A stretch of 64,000 nucleotides of DNA from an uncultured delta proteobacterium (lineage in GTDB: Bacteria > Myxococcota_A > Polyangia > Polyangiales > Houyiibacteriaceae). Each line of letters begins with the position of its first letter. Within the stretch, counting starts at the first letter, position 1. The notes beneath the pieces are model-generated. The model was not told where the DNA came from. It saw only the letters and a list, made by a program, of their open reading frames with translations, and made no database searches. Location of the stretch: contig CAVOVB010000008.1 of NCBI GenBank assembly GCA_963699755.1, positions 147,638-211,637 on the forward strand, read 5' to 3'. The position numbers and the translations under genes were made by a program. Of the stretch, positions 21,286 to 30,940 are shown piece by piece.

Positions 21286-23028
21286 CTAGATCGTGTCCCA
21301 GCGGAACCCTTCGGCTGCGAACGCGTCTTCGGCCAGCCCCTTCAAGACTTCGTCATCATTGGTTTCAATGCGCCGGAAATTGTGCTTGATGCGGACCTTG
21401 GCTGCGCGGGTGAAGGTCCTCAGGATATCGATTTCGAGCGTAGCCGCCTCGACGCCCTTGGCCTCGATGGAGGCCTGCACGCGACTGATGGTCGAGGCCA
21501 TCACGAAGAGATCGATCATGATTTCGGCAAGTCGATGGCTGGCCAACTGCTTGCCGATGATGCCCTTGCCGTGCTTGCGCAGAATCTTGTCGGCCGCTTG
21601 CGCGAGATAGCGAGTCTCTTCTTCGAAGATCTGCGCTTGGTCTTGGATGGCTTCATGGATCCCGCTGAACTTCGCACTTCCCCCGATGCCCGTCCGAAGG
21701 ACCGCGTGCTTGCGCGCGTAGTCCGACAGCACGCCGAACCCCTTGATGGGCTCGTTGAAAATGCCCTTCATCGTCGAGGCCAGCTCCTTGAGCTGGCTGG
21801 CCACGTCGTTCATCGCCGTCAGAGCGATGAGCAGGCGCAGAATCTCGTTGGTGCCTTCGAAGATGCGGTTGATTCGGCAGTCGCGGACGATCCGCTCGTA
21901 GGGATACTCGCGCATGTAGCCGTTGCCGCCGGCGATCTGCAGGGCCTCATCCGCCGTGCGCCATAGGCATTCGGTGGCGTACACCTTGGAGATGGCGGCT
22001 TCGACTTGGTACTCCTTGTAGCCGGCATCGATCAGCCCCCCGACCATCGTGACCGCAGCCTCGGCCGTGTAACAATCGATCACCATCTCGGCAACCTTCT
22101 TCTTGATCAGGCCGTAGCTCGAAATCGGCTGGCCGAAAGTCTTGCGCTCGTTGGCCTGAACGGTCGCCATCCTGATGAGGTTCTTCATCGCGCCGACAGA
22201 ACCGCCACCGAGCCCCGTCCGGCCGCTGTTCAAGATCGCCATCGCGACCTTGAACCCTTGGCCGACCTCGCCGAGAAGGTTGTGATCGGGGACTCGCACA
22301 TTGTCGAAATGCACGGTGGTCGTCGAGCTGGAACGCAGACCCATCTTGTCCTCGTGCGGCCCAATGCTGACGCCCTCCATGTCTTTCGTGATGATGAAGC
22401 CGCTCATCTTCCCCCGGCCGCCTTCCTCAGGGGTCTTGGCGAACACCGTGAAGAAGTCGGCGATGCCGCCGTTGGTGATCCAGAGCTTGTTGCCGTTGAC
22501 GATCCAATCGTCTCCGTCCTTCACAGCGGTGGTCGTGATGGCGGCAGCGTCCGAGCCTGCGCCGGGCTCGGTCAAACAGTAGGCAGCGATCATCTCGCCG
22601 CTAGCTAACTTGTCATAGTAACGCTGTTTTTGATCATCGGTGCCGAATAGCAGAAGGCCGCGCATCCCGATCGAGCTGTGTGCGCCGATGGTCACCGCAA
22701 CCGAAGCGTCGTACTTCGCAACCTCTTGGAGCGTACGTGAGTACGCCATGTTGCCGAGCCCCATCCCGCCGTGCTCTTCGGGGATCACCAAGCCGAACAT
22801 TCCGAATTCCTTGAGCTCGTCGATGAAGTCCTCCGGTAGCTCGCCGGCAAGGTCCCATGTCCGAAAGTCCTCTGCGCGCGAGCCAAGCAGACCTTCGAGC
22901 GCGCCCGAGATGTCGCCGAGCGTTTCTTTCTCGGCAGCGGAGACAGTCGGGAAGGGAAAGATGACGTCCTGTTCGATGCGTCCCATGCACAGCGATCGCA
23001 TAAAGCTCGTGGTGTCTTTGTCGGCCAC
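21286..23028 (-). CDS. Acyl-CoA dehydrogenase (long, VLCAD/ACAD9-like)
   Basis: YCLTEPGAGSDAA, NGNKLWITNGG, KMGLRSS, GGNGYMREYP and IFEGTNEI, plus a C-terminal extension. RBS AAAAGGAG. Confidence 0.93.
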   Translation of the reverse strand: MADKDTTSFMRSLCMGRIEQDVIFPFPTVSAAEKETLGDISGALEGLLGSRAEDFRTWDLAGELPEDFIDELKEFGMFGLVIPEEHGGMGLGNMAYSRTLQEVAKYDASVAVTIGAHSSIGMRGLLLFGTDDQKQRYYDKLASGEMIAAYCLTEPGAGSDAAAITTTAVKDGDDWIVNGNKLWITNGGIADFFTVFAKTPEEGGRGKMSGFIITKDMEGVSIGPHEDKMGLRSSSTTTVHFDNVRVPDHNLLGEVGQGFKVAMAILNSGRTGLGGGSVGAMKNLIRMATVQANERKTFGQPISSYGLIKKKVAEMVIDCYTAEAAVTMVGGLIDAGYKEYQVEAAISKVYATECLWRTADEALQIAGGNGYMREYPYERIVRDCRINRIFEGTNEILRLLIALTAMNDVASQLKELASTMKGIFNEPIKGFGVLSDYARKHAVLRTGIGGSAKFSGIHEAIQDQAQIFEEETRYLAQAADKILRKHGKGIIGKQLASHRLAEIMIDLFVMASTISRVQASIEAKGVEAATLEIDILRTFTRAAKVRIKHNFRRIETNDDEVLKGLAEDAFAAEGFRWDTI

Positions 23029-23172
23029 TGATCACTCCTTTTCGAGGTGGCCCATCATGCACGGCTGCGGGCCGCGCGTCCATGGCCTCCCAAGCGATTC
23101 ATAGGGTCAGACGGCGGTGCGTGCCAGCACGGTGCAGGGCCCCAAACGCTTCGGTTGACAGCGGGCTGATCG

Positions 23173-23207
23173 AAAAAGGGGCCGCCCGCGTTTGCGGAAC
23201 GGCCCCT
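23173..23207 (-). terminator. Rho-independent terminator downstream of the OMP-like gene
   Basis: Minus strand reads AGGGGCCG..CGGCCCCT followed by a T run, about 30 nt after the stop at 23236. Confidence 0.75.
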
Positions 23208-23235
23208 CCGTGCGCTCGAGGATTCGAGCTCAAGC

Positions 23236-24012
23236 CTACTCGCTAACCTCGACTTCGATGACTTCGGTTTCCGCGACATCCGACTTGTTCTTGTTCCTGC
23301 CCAAGACGCCCCAGAACGCTGTGCCAGCGCCGATACGCCAAGCGAAGGAGGCGCCCGACACCCCCTTGCCCACACTGATGCCGGGGCCGAGGTCGAAGAA
23401 GAACCAAGGGGCTACGTTCTCGTTGGCTTTGATCTCCACACCCATACGGACGAGCAAGGGAATAATGCCGAAGTTGTCGCCCTTGTTGAAGAAGTACGTG
23501 AACGGGATGTAGCCACCCGTGACCACGCTGACTCGCTCGTGCACGTCGATCGAGACGGGCGCGCCCACTTCGGTTTTGATCCCGAACGTGAAATCGTTGG
23601 TGCTGGTGTTACTCGAAAGAAGGATGCCCGGCTTGAAGAGAAACCCCACGTCGTTGGTGACTTTGGGACGCTCTTTTTCAGAAAGATGCCACCGAAGCAG
23701 GCCGTTGATGCCAAGGCCGATCTTGATGTATCGGCTTCCGGTCCGAACCCTCACGCCGAATGCACGGACCGCTTGGCTGGCCGCTACTCCCCAGCTTCCT
23801 CCGTACACCAGGTCACCGCTCAGTCCCCAGTCGAGCTTCTTCTTGCCCCTGTTCCACCATTCGTACGTAATATTCGGATAACCGACGCTACCGCTGTGGA
23901 CCATGTCCTCCTCGAGCTTCTTCGCACCGATGGTCGAGTTCTTCGGTCCTGCGAACGCCGGGCTCGCTACTGCAAGCACCAACGCGAATACACCAATTGC
24001 TCTTGCTGTCAT
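23236..24012 (-). CDS. Secreted beta-strand-rich protein, probable outer-membrane barrel
   Basis: Signal peptide (..ASPAFA) and amphipathic Gly/aromatic-rich beta segments. Confidence 0.6.
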   Translation of the reverse strand: MTARAIGVFALVLAVASPAFAGPKNSTIGAKKLEEDMVHSGSVGYPNITYEWWNRGKKKLDWGLSGDLVYGGSWGVAASQAVRAFGVRVRTGSRYIKIGLGINGLLRWHLSEKERPKVTNDVGFLFKPGILLSSNTSTNDFTFGIKTEVGAPVSIDVHERVSVVTGGYIPFTYFFNKGDNFGIIPLLVRMGVEIKANENVAPWFFFDLGPGISVGKGVSGASFAWRIGAGTAFWGVLGRNKNKSDVAETEVIEVEVSE

Positions 24013-24224
24013 TTCCAGCTGCTCCTTCCCCGTGAAACTGGCCGAAGCCTAGATGACAAGGGCCCACATAGCTAGCGATTATCAGCCCCAGCTCGATCGA
24101 GCGGAAAATCCTCGTTTCGATAGTGGTTTCAAACATTTCCCCCGATTGTCGGTCCATGTAGCCAGGGCGACCGCCAAGCTTGACCTTGACCAAGCGATCT
24201 CCATAAGCGGCTCAGGGAGGATTC

Positions 24225-24863
24225 ATGCGAACAACTGCACTTCTATTTGTGACCGGTCTCTTGGCGATGGGTTGCAAGAACCCAGGGGCCGAAGTGGCGC
24301 CTTCTACGGTCGAATCGGCTCCAGACAGCAAGGCTGAGGCCGCTCCCAGCGGCGAGCCCGATGAGGCGGCGGCCGGCTCTTTGGCTATCAACCCGTCGAA
24401 CAGCAAGATCGAGTTCGTGGGTGCCAAGGTCACGGCAAGCCATGACGGAGGGTTCACCGACTTCTCGGGTACGGTCGAGGTGGGTGACCCCATCGAGACG
24501 AGCAAAGTCGAGTTGAGCATCCAAACCGACTCACTCTTCGCCGACAAGGAGAAGCTCACCAAGCACTTGAAGTCGCCAGATTTCTTCGATGTAGACAAGT
24601 TTCCGACCGCGACCTTCCGCTCGACCGAGATCAAGAAGGAGGGTGCCGGTCACACGATCAGCGGTGACTTGACTCTCCACGGCGTCACCAAACGCATCAG
24701 CTTTCCAGCCACGGTCAGCGTCACCGATTCGCAAGTGAACGCCAACGCGGAGTTTTCCATCAACCGTCAGGACTTCGGCATCGCCTATCCTGGAATGAAG
24801 GATGACCTCATCCGCGACTTGGTCGTGATCAAGCTTTCGCTGAACCTTCCGCGCCAGAGCTAA
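24225..24863 (+). CDS. YceI family lipoprotein
   Basis: Lipobox LAMGC, HLKSPDFFDVDKFPTATFRST, GDLTLHGVTK and INRQDFGI. RBS GGAGG. Confidence 0.92.
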   Translation: MRTTALLFVTGLLAMGCKNPGAEVAPSTVESAPDSKAEAAPSGEPDEAAAGSLAINPSNSKIEFVGAKVTASHDGGFTDFSGTVEVGDPIETSKVELSIQTDSLFADKEKLTKHLKSPDFFDVDKFPTATFRSTEIKKEGAGHTISGDLTLHGVTKRISFPATVSVTDSQVNANAEFSINRQDFGIAYPGMKDDLIRDLVVIKLSLNLPRQS

Positions 24864-26515
24864 CCCTTCGACATGGCAGGCCAGGGCTGAAGCTCGAGGA
24901 GATCTCTGACGACGATCTCCCCGGTTTCGCAGACTCCTGTCGCGGCGTCGGCGATGGTCCAGGCATGGGTCGCCCGGCCCATCGGCTGCGACTCCACGAA
25001 GATGCATCGGAGCTCGCCATCTTCGAACCCACACTGCTCCTGAATGGATTGCAGGAGCTGCAGGTTGTGTAGATGACCCTCGCCGAAATTCCAACCGACG
25101 ACGATGCCTGCGACCAGCTCGCCGTCGAGGTACTCGTACGCGTCGATGTCGTCTACGGCTTTCGGCAAGAGGAACTGCAGGCACCGGCCGTGAAGGTGCA
25201 TCGACCGGAACGCGAGCACCTTGGACATGGAGGCGATGATGGCGTCCTCGTCGAGCATGCCCTCGAGCTGAGCATGGAGGCCTGGCGCGACTTTGGTGAT
25301 ATGCGCGTCGATCTTCTTCCAAGAGTCCCCCTTGAAGAGCCATACGCTGTAGGCCCAGTTCCCCGCGTAGTACCGCATCGAACATAGGAACGAGGCGCGC
25401 GAGGGAACGAGGTTTCCAAACAGTGGGACGACGATGAGCGCGAACGCGAGGTAGGCGATGAGCACTGGCGAAGCGATGCTGAAGGCGCTGACCTCGGCAT
25501 AGTGGCCGAAGAGCACGAACGCGCCGTAGACCATGATGACGTTCCATTCGATCGGCACGCCCATCGGAATGCTGCTCGTGATGAAGATGTGGAACAAGAG
25601 CATGACGGCCAGCGCTACCGTCGTCGGCATGCCACCGTCGCTCAGGACCAGGACGACCGGGAAGACGAACTCCACGGCGGTGCCCGCGTGCGCCATCAGC
25701 TGGGTCAGGCGGGAAGGACGAAGGTCGTCCGGGTAGCTTCGGTAGAACAGCTTTCGAACTGACCCGATGCGGGTGAGCGGGCTGTTGCTCTGCATCACCG
25801 CGACCACCGAAGGGAAGTGATGGTTGAGCTTCGAGGTGGCCGCCCAGATCCATATGGCGACCCAGACCAGCTTCGATCCTGCCAGCCAATCAGCGCTGAA
25901 GATGAAACAGACCAGCGCCGTATAGTAGTGCTCGGCGCGTGACGCGAGGAAGATCGTTTTATCGGTGAGGCCGAGCAGCGGAAGGAGAACGACGGTCGGC
26001 AAGAGAAGATCGGTCGAGAGCTCCGGCGCCACCAGCGCGCGGAACAAGAAGAAGTTGTGTGCTGCGTACAGCAGGACGTCGAGTACGGTGCGTTTCGAAC
26101 CACCGATGATGGGGAGTCCGGGGAAGAGCGGAACCTTCGTCGTGCCAGGTCTGAGGAAATAGAGCGCACCGCCGATCGGCGGCCTGTATCGGCCCGTCAG
26201 CGGACCGCTCCCGCATCCGAGACCGAGGCCCTCGAAGGCCATGCTCCAGAGTACGGCCTTCTGAAACGCGATCGGCGCGTAGTACCAGGAGCTGAAGCTG
26301 CCGAGGTCACCCAAGCCTGGCGTGAAGCTACAGAACAGGCTCCAGATCCAAATGTAGAGCGCGATCTTGAGGATGTAGACGATGTAGATGGGCGGCGGCG
26401 TCCCGTAGCCCTGGAGCGCCCAGGAGTGGCAGACCATCTTGACGCGCTCCGGAAACGGTTTTTGTTGCCATTCTCCGATGTCGTACGGAGGCGGGGTGGG
26501 TTTCAGAAGAGGCAC
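24860..26515 (-). CDS. DUF3556-like multi-pass membrane protein
   Basis: GLGCGSGPLTGR, AATSKLNHHF, GVPIEWN, SMRYYAGNW and GWNFGEGHLHN, recalled as typical of this family. Confidence 0.75.
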   Translation of the reverse strand: MPLLKPTPPPYDIGEWQQKPFPERVKMVCHSWALQGYGTPPPIYIVYILKIALYIWIWSLFCSFTPGLGDLGSFSSWYYAPIAFQKAVLWSMAFEGLGLGCGSGPLTGRYRPPIGGALYFLRPGTTKVPLFPGLPIIGGSKRTVLDVLLYAAHNFFLFRALVAPELSTDLLLPTVVLLPLLGLTDKTIFLASRAEHYYTALVCFIFSADWLAGSKLVWVAIWIWAATSKLNHHFPSVVAVMQSNSPLTRIGSVRKLFYRSYPDDLRPSRLTQLMAHAGTAVEFVFPVVLVLSDGGMPTTVALAVMLLFHIFITSSIPMGVPIEWNVIMVYGAFVLFGHYAEVSAFSIASPVLIAYLAFALIVVPLFGNLVPSRASFLCSMRYYAGNWAYSVWLFKGDSWKKIDAHITKVAPGLHAQLEGMLDEDAIIASMSKVLAFRSMHLHGRCLQFLLPKAVDDIDAYEYLDGELVAGIVVGWNFGEGHLHNLQLLQSIQEQCGFEDGELRCIFVESQPMGRATHAWTIADAATGVCETGEIVVRDLLELQPWPAMSKG

Positions 26516-26652
26516 CGGCGGATGCTATCGACCTGAGCGTCGCCTGTCACGGCCAACGGTCGAGGGTCGACGCAAAGATTGCGCGGCTGGTGGTTTCGGT
26601 GACTTGCCGCTATCCAAGGTGCTGTGCGAAGTTGATCCGGAGCGAGGGTGCG

Positions 26653-27510
26653 ATGGGCAAGAGTGAAGAGCAGGAGTCCGAAGTCGAGAGTGTGCTGCCC
26701 CCGCTAGGGCGGGATTCGAAGGTTCCCAAGAAGCCGAAACTCAAGAAGGCGCAGTACAACAAAGTCATGGCGGACTTCCAGGTGGAGTTGGTCAAGCTGC
26801 AGAAGTGGATTCACACCGAGGGTCTCAAGGTCGTCGTGATCTTCGAAGGCCGTGACGCTGCAGGGAAGGGTGGTGCCATCAAACGGATCACCCAGAACCT
26901 CAATCCGCGCGTGTGCCGCGTCGAGGCCCTCGCAAAGCCCACCGAGCGCGAACGCACCCAGTGGTACTTCCAGCGCTACGTCGAGTATCTCCCGGCGGCG
27001 GGGGAAATGGTCTGCTTCGATCGAAGTTGGTACAACCGCGCCGGCGTCGAAAAGGTCATGGGTTACTGCACGGAGGAGGAATATCGCGAATTTCTCCGCT
27101 CGTGCCCCGAATTCGAGCGCATGCTCGTCCGCTCGGGGATCATCTTGATCAAGTACTGGTTCTCCGTCAGCGACGAGGAGCAAGAGCGCCGCTTTCAGAA
27201 GCGAATCGAAGATCCGATTCGACGTTGGAAGATCAGCGAGGTTGATCTGCAGTCGCGCAAACATTGGGTCGACTACTCGCGGGCCAAAGACGAGATGTTC
27301 GCGCACACCGACATCAAGCAGGCACCCTGGTATGTCGTGCAGGGCGACGACAAACGCCGCGCCCGCCTCAATGTCATCTCACACTTCTTGAGCCTGATTC
27401 CCTACCAGGAAGTGCACCAGCCCGACCTCCAGCTTCCCGAGCGGCAGCGCAAGCAGAAATACGTCCGCCCCCCGATCGATGATCAGAACTTCGTCCCCGA
27501 GGTATACTGA
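26653..27510 (+). CDS. ppk2: Polyphosphate kinase 2
   Basis: FEGRDAAGKGG, QWYFQRY, FDRSWYNRAGVE and APWYVV..DDKRRARLN. Confidence 0.95.
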   Translation: MGKSEEQESEVESVLPPLGRDSKVPKKPKLKKAQYNKVMADFQVELVKLQKWIHTEGLKVVVIFEGRDAAGKGGAIKRITQNLNPRVCRVEALAKPTERERTQWYFQRYVEYLPAAGEMVCFDRSWYNRAGVEKVMGYCTEEEYREFLRSCPEFERMLVRSGIILIKYWFSVSDEEQERRFQKRIEDPIRRWKISEVDLQSRKHWVDYSRAKDEMFAHTDIKQAPWYVVQGDDKRRARLNVISHFLSLIPYQEVHQPDLQLPERQRKQKYVRPPIDDQNFVPEVY

Positions 27511-27620
27511 ATCTGACCTGCGCCGTCGCTGCGATTTCGGGTGGAGAAAGCCCCCGGGGTTGCGATCGCGCCGTTCCAGTCCCAGACTCATTTGGCTACG
27601 GCAGATCTCCGGCTCCCTTC

Positions 27621-28481
27621 ATGACCTCTCGCTCCCGTCATTCCCCAAGTTCCGCCATCGTCGCCCTGAGTCTGTGTCTCGTACTGGCGGGCGGCTGCAC
27701 CGGGCTCCTTCAAAACCTCGGCGCTCGCTGGGTCACGCGGCAGATCGCGGTCGAGTTCAATTTCGACGAGGCGCAGACCGCCGCGACCCGAGCTTCGGTA
27801 GACAAGCTCATGGCCGCCGCCCCGATGGTGCTTGGGAGCAAGATCGACATGCTCGTGGCCACGGTCGACGTCGGCATCGCAAAGGGACTCACCGAAGAGA
27901 AGCTCCTCGGGATGGAGCGCCAGGTGGATGGGCTAATCGACACGGTCGCGAGCGCCATCATCGACGAAGCCGCGCCGATCATGGCCACCCTGCGGGACGA
28001 CCAGATCGACTTCGTCGAAAAGCGAATCGAGAAGCGGCTCGAAGAGGCCCGGGAGGAGCTCGCCGCGCCTCCCGAAGAGCGTATCGAGAAGCGTCAGGAC
28101 CAGTTCGTCGACGCGGTCGAGGACTGGGCAGGCAGCCTCGCGGACCAGCAAGAAGCGGCGCTTCGCGATTACGTGGCCAAGCTCCCCGACGAAGCTGCCG
28201 TCCGGCTCGAGGCCGATGAGCGGCGTGTAGCGCGGTTCAGCAAGTTGGCGCGAACCCATCCGGACGCGGCGACGATCCGTGAAGCGATGTGGGAAGAATG
28301 GAAAAATCGCGAGGACTGGGGCCCGAATGCTCGGCCTCCTTCCGCGCGACGCGCCGAGGGCCGCCAAGCCCTGCTCTTCGTCTACGGCCTACTCGACACC
28401 GGGCAGCGCGACCACGCCAGCAAACACCTGCACGAGCTCCACGACAAGGTGAAGTCCTTCTTCGGGGCCGCCGGCTCTTAA
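27621..28481 (+). CDS. Alpha-helical lipoprotein (DUF6279-like)
   Basis: Lipobox LAGGC and a helical charged body with EDWAGSLADQQ. Family assignment tentative. Confidence 0.6.
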   Translation: MTSRSRHSPSSAIVALSLCLVLAGGCTGLLQNLGARWVTRQIAVEFNFDEAQTAATRASVDKLMAAAPMVLGSKIDMLVATVDVGIAKGLTEEKLLGMERQVDGLIDTVASAIIDEAAPIMATLRDDQIDFVEKRIEKRLEEAREELAAPPEERIEKRQDQFVDAVEDWAGSLADQQEAALRDYVAKLPDEAAVRLEADERRVARFSKLARTHPDAATIREAMWEEWKNREDWGPNARPPSARRAEGRQALLFVYGLLDTGQRDHASKHLHELHDKVKSFFGAAGS

Positions 28482-28490
28482 GAGAGGATT

Positions 28491-29228
28491 CTAAAAGAGC
28501 CAGCCTAAAAAGAACTTGAACACGTGCGTGTTCGTTCGGAACTCTGTCTTCGTCAGGCTGTTCATCCCGACGGTGTAGTTGACGTCGAAGTTCAGCGGTC
28601 CGAGGTCGAACTGGACGCCTATCCGCGCCCCGGCGAGGTACGGCGCAACCTTGTACCCTGGGACATCCCTCGGGCGGAATTTGAACCCCTTTCGATTGCC
28701 GTCCAGCTCCAAAAAGCCGCGGATGTTGAAGGTGTTGACCAGACCTCCATAGACGAAGATCTTGAAGTAAGGGTTCGCATACGGCCGGTAGCCGGCGGTC
28801 AGCGGGATCTCCATCTGGTTCATTCGCACCCTCAGCCCGACGAGCTGCCTGACCAAGTCGGGGTTCTCTCCATCCGCCAAGGCGAACGTTTCGAGTTGAG
28901 GCCCGTAGGTGAAGTAGAAGCGACTGAAGCCCGCGGCCAGCTCCGTGAAGACCTTGTTGTCGAAGGTGACACGCGCCGCTAGCTGCATGCCCCAGTTGAA
29001 CAAGGTGTCCTTGTTGCGGCCTCCCACGGTGCCGATGAGCGGCCCTGGATTCTCGGGGTCATCGCCTTCGTAGATGCTGTAGTTCGGAAACCGGGGCACG
29101 ATCGTCGTGCTGCCGACGCCGACAGCGATCTTGACGTCCATCTTCGGGACGGCGGAGGCCGAGCTCGTCGGGAACCAGACCGCAGCGCAAAGGGTGAGGA
29201 AGGCGAGGACGGGGATGAGTTTCTTCAT
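28491..29228 (-). CDS. Outer-membrane beta-barrel protein (PorT/OMP_b-brl-like)
   Basis: Signal peptide, MEIPLTAGY segment and C-terminal FKFFLGWLF ending in Phe. Confidence 0.7.
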   Translation of the reverse strand: MKKLIPVLAFLTLCAAVWFPTSSASAVPKMDVKIAVGVGSTTIVPRFPNYSIYEGDDPENPGPLIGTVGGRNKDTLFNWGMQLAARVTFDNKVFTELAAGFSRFYFTYGPQLETFALADGENPDLVRQLVGLRVRMNQMEIPLTAGYRPYANPYFKIFVYGGLVNTFNIRGFLELDGNRKGFKFRPRDVPGYKVAPYLAGARIGVQFDLGPLNFDVNYTVGMNSLTKTEFRTNTHVFKFFLGWLF

Positions 29229-29240
29229 TGAATCGGTCCC

Positions 29241-30851
29241 TTAGGCGGGGAAGTAGTAGTCCTTGCCGTCAATGACGAAGCGCTTGTCCATGATGCGAGG
29301 CCACATCGGTTTCGTGAGGATCTTCTCCTTCTGCCAGTTCTCGTGCTCTTCGTGGAGCTTGTCGTAGAGCTCCGGCATCTGCTCCTTGAGATTGATCTCT
29401 TCGGACTGGTCGGTGATCAGGTTGTAGAGCTCGGCCCAGCCGTCGCGCGTGCTCAAGATGAGCTTGTAGTCGCCGTCGCGAATCGCCCAGATGTGGTCGG
29501 CGCGCCAGAAGAGCGATTGATGGGGACGGTCCTTGTTCTTTCCGGTCACGTAAGGAAGCAGGTCGACGCCGTCATATTCGCGGTCGTCCGGAAGCACGCC
29601 GCCCGCTGCCGCCACCGAAGTCGTGAAAATGTCGGTCGACGAAACCGGGTACTTGTAGCGAGTGCCCGCGGGGATCTTGCCCTTCCACTTCATCATGAAG
29701 GGCACCCGGATCCCGCCTTCGAACTGCGTGAGCTTCCCGGCCTTGAGCGGTCCGTTGTCAGTGGCGCCGGTATACGAGGCACCGCCATTGTCACTCAGAA
29801 AGAAGATCAGCGTGTCATTTTCGATGCCGAGGTCTTTGATCTTCCGGTGGATTTCACCAATCGCGTCATCCAGGGACGAGATCATCGCGTAGTAGACGCG
29901 ATGGTTTTCGTCTTCGACCTGGGGGTACTGGCAGTAGTATTCGACCGGGGCTTGAAAAGGGACGTGGGGCGCCGAGAACGCGCCATAGATGAAGAAGGGT
30001 TCATCCTTCTTCTCCTCCATGTACTGCATCATCTCGTCGCGGAAGGCATCGGTGAGGTATCTCTCTTCGATGATCTCCTTTCCGTTGCGCAGGATTGCGG
30101 CCTGGTCTTTGCGCCCGGTTTTCCACTGGTGCTGCGCGCTAAAGGCCTCTTGCTTGTGGTTGATCACGCCCGACCAATTCTCCTTGGGCGTGTACAGCGA
30201 CGACGCGCCGTAGAAGCCGTACTGGTAGTCGAAGCCGCGGGCCGAAGGTACCTGCTCGCGGTGCACGCCGAGGTGCCACTTGCCGATGAGCGCGGTCTGG
30301 TAGTTGTACTTCTTGAGGATTTCCGAAAGCATGATTTCGGAGGGCGGCACGCCCTGCTTGTGCACCTGCCAGGCCGAGGGGAACGAGGGCTTGGCCTTGA
30401 CCTTGAACTCGCCGGTGTCGACCAGCCATCGGCCCGAGATGTATTCGACGTAGTTGCTGGGGTAGAACTCCATCACCTGCGTCTCGAAGCCATAGCGGTT
30501 CTGCACGCGGCCGGTCATCAAGCCGGCGCGAGCAGGCGCGCAGGTGGGTGCGGTGGCGTAGCCTTCTTCGAAGACGACACCTTCCTTGCCGATCTGATCG
30601 ATGTTCGGCGTCTTGATGTGATCGACGCCGTAGGCGCTCACCTCGTAAGGCCCGAGGTCGTCGGCGACGAGCAGAATGATGTTCGGCTGACGCTTCTTCT
30701 CGATCGGCAGCGGGGCTTCCATGAAGGCTGCCTTGCTCTCTTCCATCCCCTTGTTCCATTTGAGGCGCCATTTGACGCGCGTAATGGAACAGCTGACGAG
30801 AAGCAGCGCGAGGGCGACCAGTAGAAACGTACGCAGGTAGCGATGGTTCAT
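29241..30851 (-). CDS. Sulfatase (Cys-type), lipoprotein
   Basis: ATG 30851 and lipobox LLVSC. PNIILLVADDLG, CAPARAGLMTGR (CxPxR), IGKWHLG and FLSDNGG. Confidence 0.92.
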   Translation of the reverse strand: MNHRYLRTFLLVALALLLVSCSITRVKWRLKWNKGMEESKAAFMEAPLPIEKKRQPNIILLVADDLGPYEVSAYGVDHIKTPNIDQIGKEGVVFEEGYATAPTCAPARAGLMTGRVQNRYGFETQVMEFYPSNYVEYISGRWLVDTGEFKVKAKPSFPSAWQVHKQGVPPSEIMLSEILKKYNYQTALIGKWHLGVHREQVPSARGFDYQYGFYGASSLYTPKENWSGVINHKQEAFSAQHQWKTGRKDQAAILRNGKEIIEERYLTDAFRDEMMQYMEEKKDEPFFIYGAFSAPHVPFQAPVEYYCQYPQVEDENHRVYYAMISSLDDAIGEIHRKIKDLGIENDTLIFFLSDNGGASYTGATDNGPLKAGKLTQFEGGIRVPFMMKWKGKIPAGTRYKYPVSSTDIFTTSVAAAGGVLPDDREYDGVDLLPYVTGKNKDRPHQSLFWRADHIWAIRDGDYKLILSTRDGWAELYNLITDQSEEINLKEQMPELYDKLHEEHENWQKEKILTKPMWPRIMDKRFVIDGKDYYFPA

Positions 30852-30940
30852 GATTGTGGCTCTTGGTACCTTGCGATCGGGCGATCTTGCAACCAGAAAA
30901 TTCCGCCTCCAAAGCACATCGTTTCGTGTATTCTCTCGCC

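Noticed and set aside
24091..24102. Perfect palindrome GCTCGATCGAGC as an operator
   Set aside because: The same word and near-variants occur inside coding regions (for example near 4788), reflecting general TCGA/GATC richness.
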